Below are positions 52,459 to 52,837 of a DNA stretch of 52,837 nucleotides, in pieces (the first letter of the stretch is position 1; the number at the start of each line of letters is the position of its first letter). The translations under genes and the position numbers were made by a program. Source of the stretch: an uncultured Planctomycetales bacterium. GTDB lineage: Bacteria > Planctomycetota > Phycisphaerae > UBA1845 > PWPN01. The notes under the pieces are model-generated. The model searched no databases, was not told where the DNA came from, and saw only the letters and a program-made list of their open reading frames with translations. The stretch lies in NCBI GenBank assembly GCA_964591605.1, contig CAZQEN010000004.1, positions 1 to 52,837 on the forward strand, read 5' to 3'.

Positions 52459-52837
52459 ACGGTCGAAAACGCAACTTGTCCGGCGGTAGCATCGGGCGAA
52501 TTGAGCGAGATTCGGCAGATCGTATCAGGTTGTGGCCGATCCCACTTGGTGGAGGTCGGAAGCAGCCTGAATAATCTGCGGATCGGTGGCGTCGCCGGCC
52601 AATGCCGTCGCCCGGCAAGATGGAGGCGATATGGACCGTTCTGCCGCTCGACAGGGAGCGCTGGCTGCTGCGGCCGCACCTGTCAAACAAGAGCTCACGC
52701 AGGAAGCCAGCTCCTGCGTGAGCTCGATTCGAATTGGCCGACGCTCCTCCGAATCTTGGAAGAGCGTTTCGACCTTGACAACACACTTACGGTGCCACGC
52801 CCGTCAACTGCAGGCAGTTGAGGAATGACGTGGGGTT

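Noticed and set aside
52459-52837. ORFs 52361-52786 (-) and 52501-52821 (+) at the window end.
   Set aside because: They have no RBS and no motifs, and their composition is Arg/Gly/Pro-rich. The region is left unannotated.

Overview
This is a high-G+C bacterial chromosome segment. No composition statistics were computed; all G+C statements are by eye. The gene content points to Planctomycetota (inference): a PEP-CTERM protein, a ThuA/DUF1080 fusion, Tat-signal Gfo/Idh/MocA oxidoreductases, giant FG-GAP/TSP3/dockerin-like exoproteins, an ECF sigma factor and CxxCGYDLRG...CPECG zinc-ribbon proteins.

Gene order, left to right:
- caa3-type cytochrome c oxidase and assembly cluster: ctaD (5' truncated by the window), ctaA, ctaB, a REP array, ctaE, ctaF, an ABC-2 exporter, SCO1, DUF420.
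- A 376-bp microsatellite hairpin block, then larB.
- ADP-heptose genes gmhA and hldE.
- A zinc-ribbon gene and a membrane gene.
- A ~1.4-kb RNA/repeat island: an orphan promoter-terminator unit, two imperfect tRNA-like genes and REP arrays.
- An SPFH gene and tdk.
- Two small hypothetical genes.
- HDAC, EamA and Sir2.
- HtrA.
- A Y1 (IS200/RayT-like) transposase bracketed by hairpins.
- A sugar isomerase, a PemK-type toxin-antitoxin pair and ThuA-DUF1080.
- tatD and yraN.
- rpsP, trmD, rplS.
- A 993-aa beta-helix exoprotein.
- The operon thioesterase, iorA, iorB::paaK, ACT.
- An ECF sigma and putative anti-sigma factor.
- A visibly lower-G+C island carrying an AraC/PocR-like regulator, a PEP-CTERM protein, a duplicated araC-3'/promoter block and a 1784-aa multidomain surface protein.
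- Gfo/Idh/MocA, LysE, a lipoprotein D-Ala-D-Ala dipeptidase and an RraA-like gene.

No rRNA, CRISPR array, integrase or phage genes were seen.

The most interesting locus is the AraC / PEP-CTERM / giant-protein island at 39.4-47.9 kb. The giant protein has 12 tandem ~40-aa GDRIVVID repeats and ends in a papain/C39-like Cys-His domain. Intergenic DNA throughout the window is packed with at least three palindromic REP families and purine-rich 7-8-nt microsatellites arranged as long hairpins.
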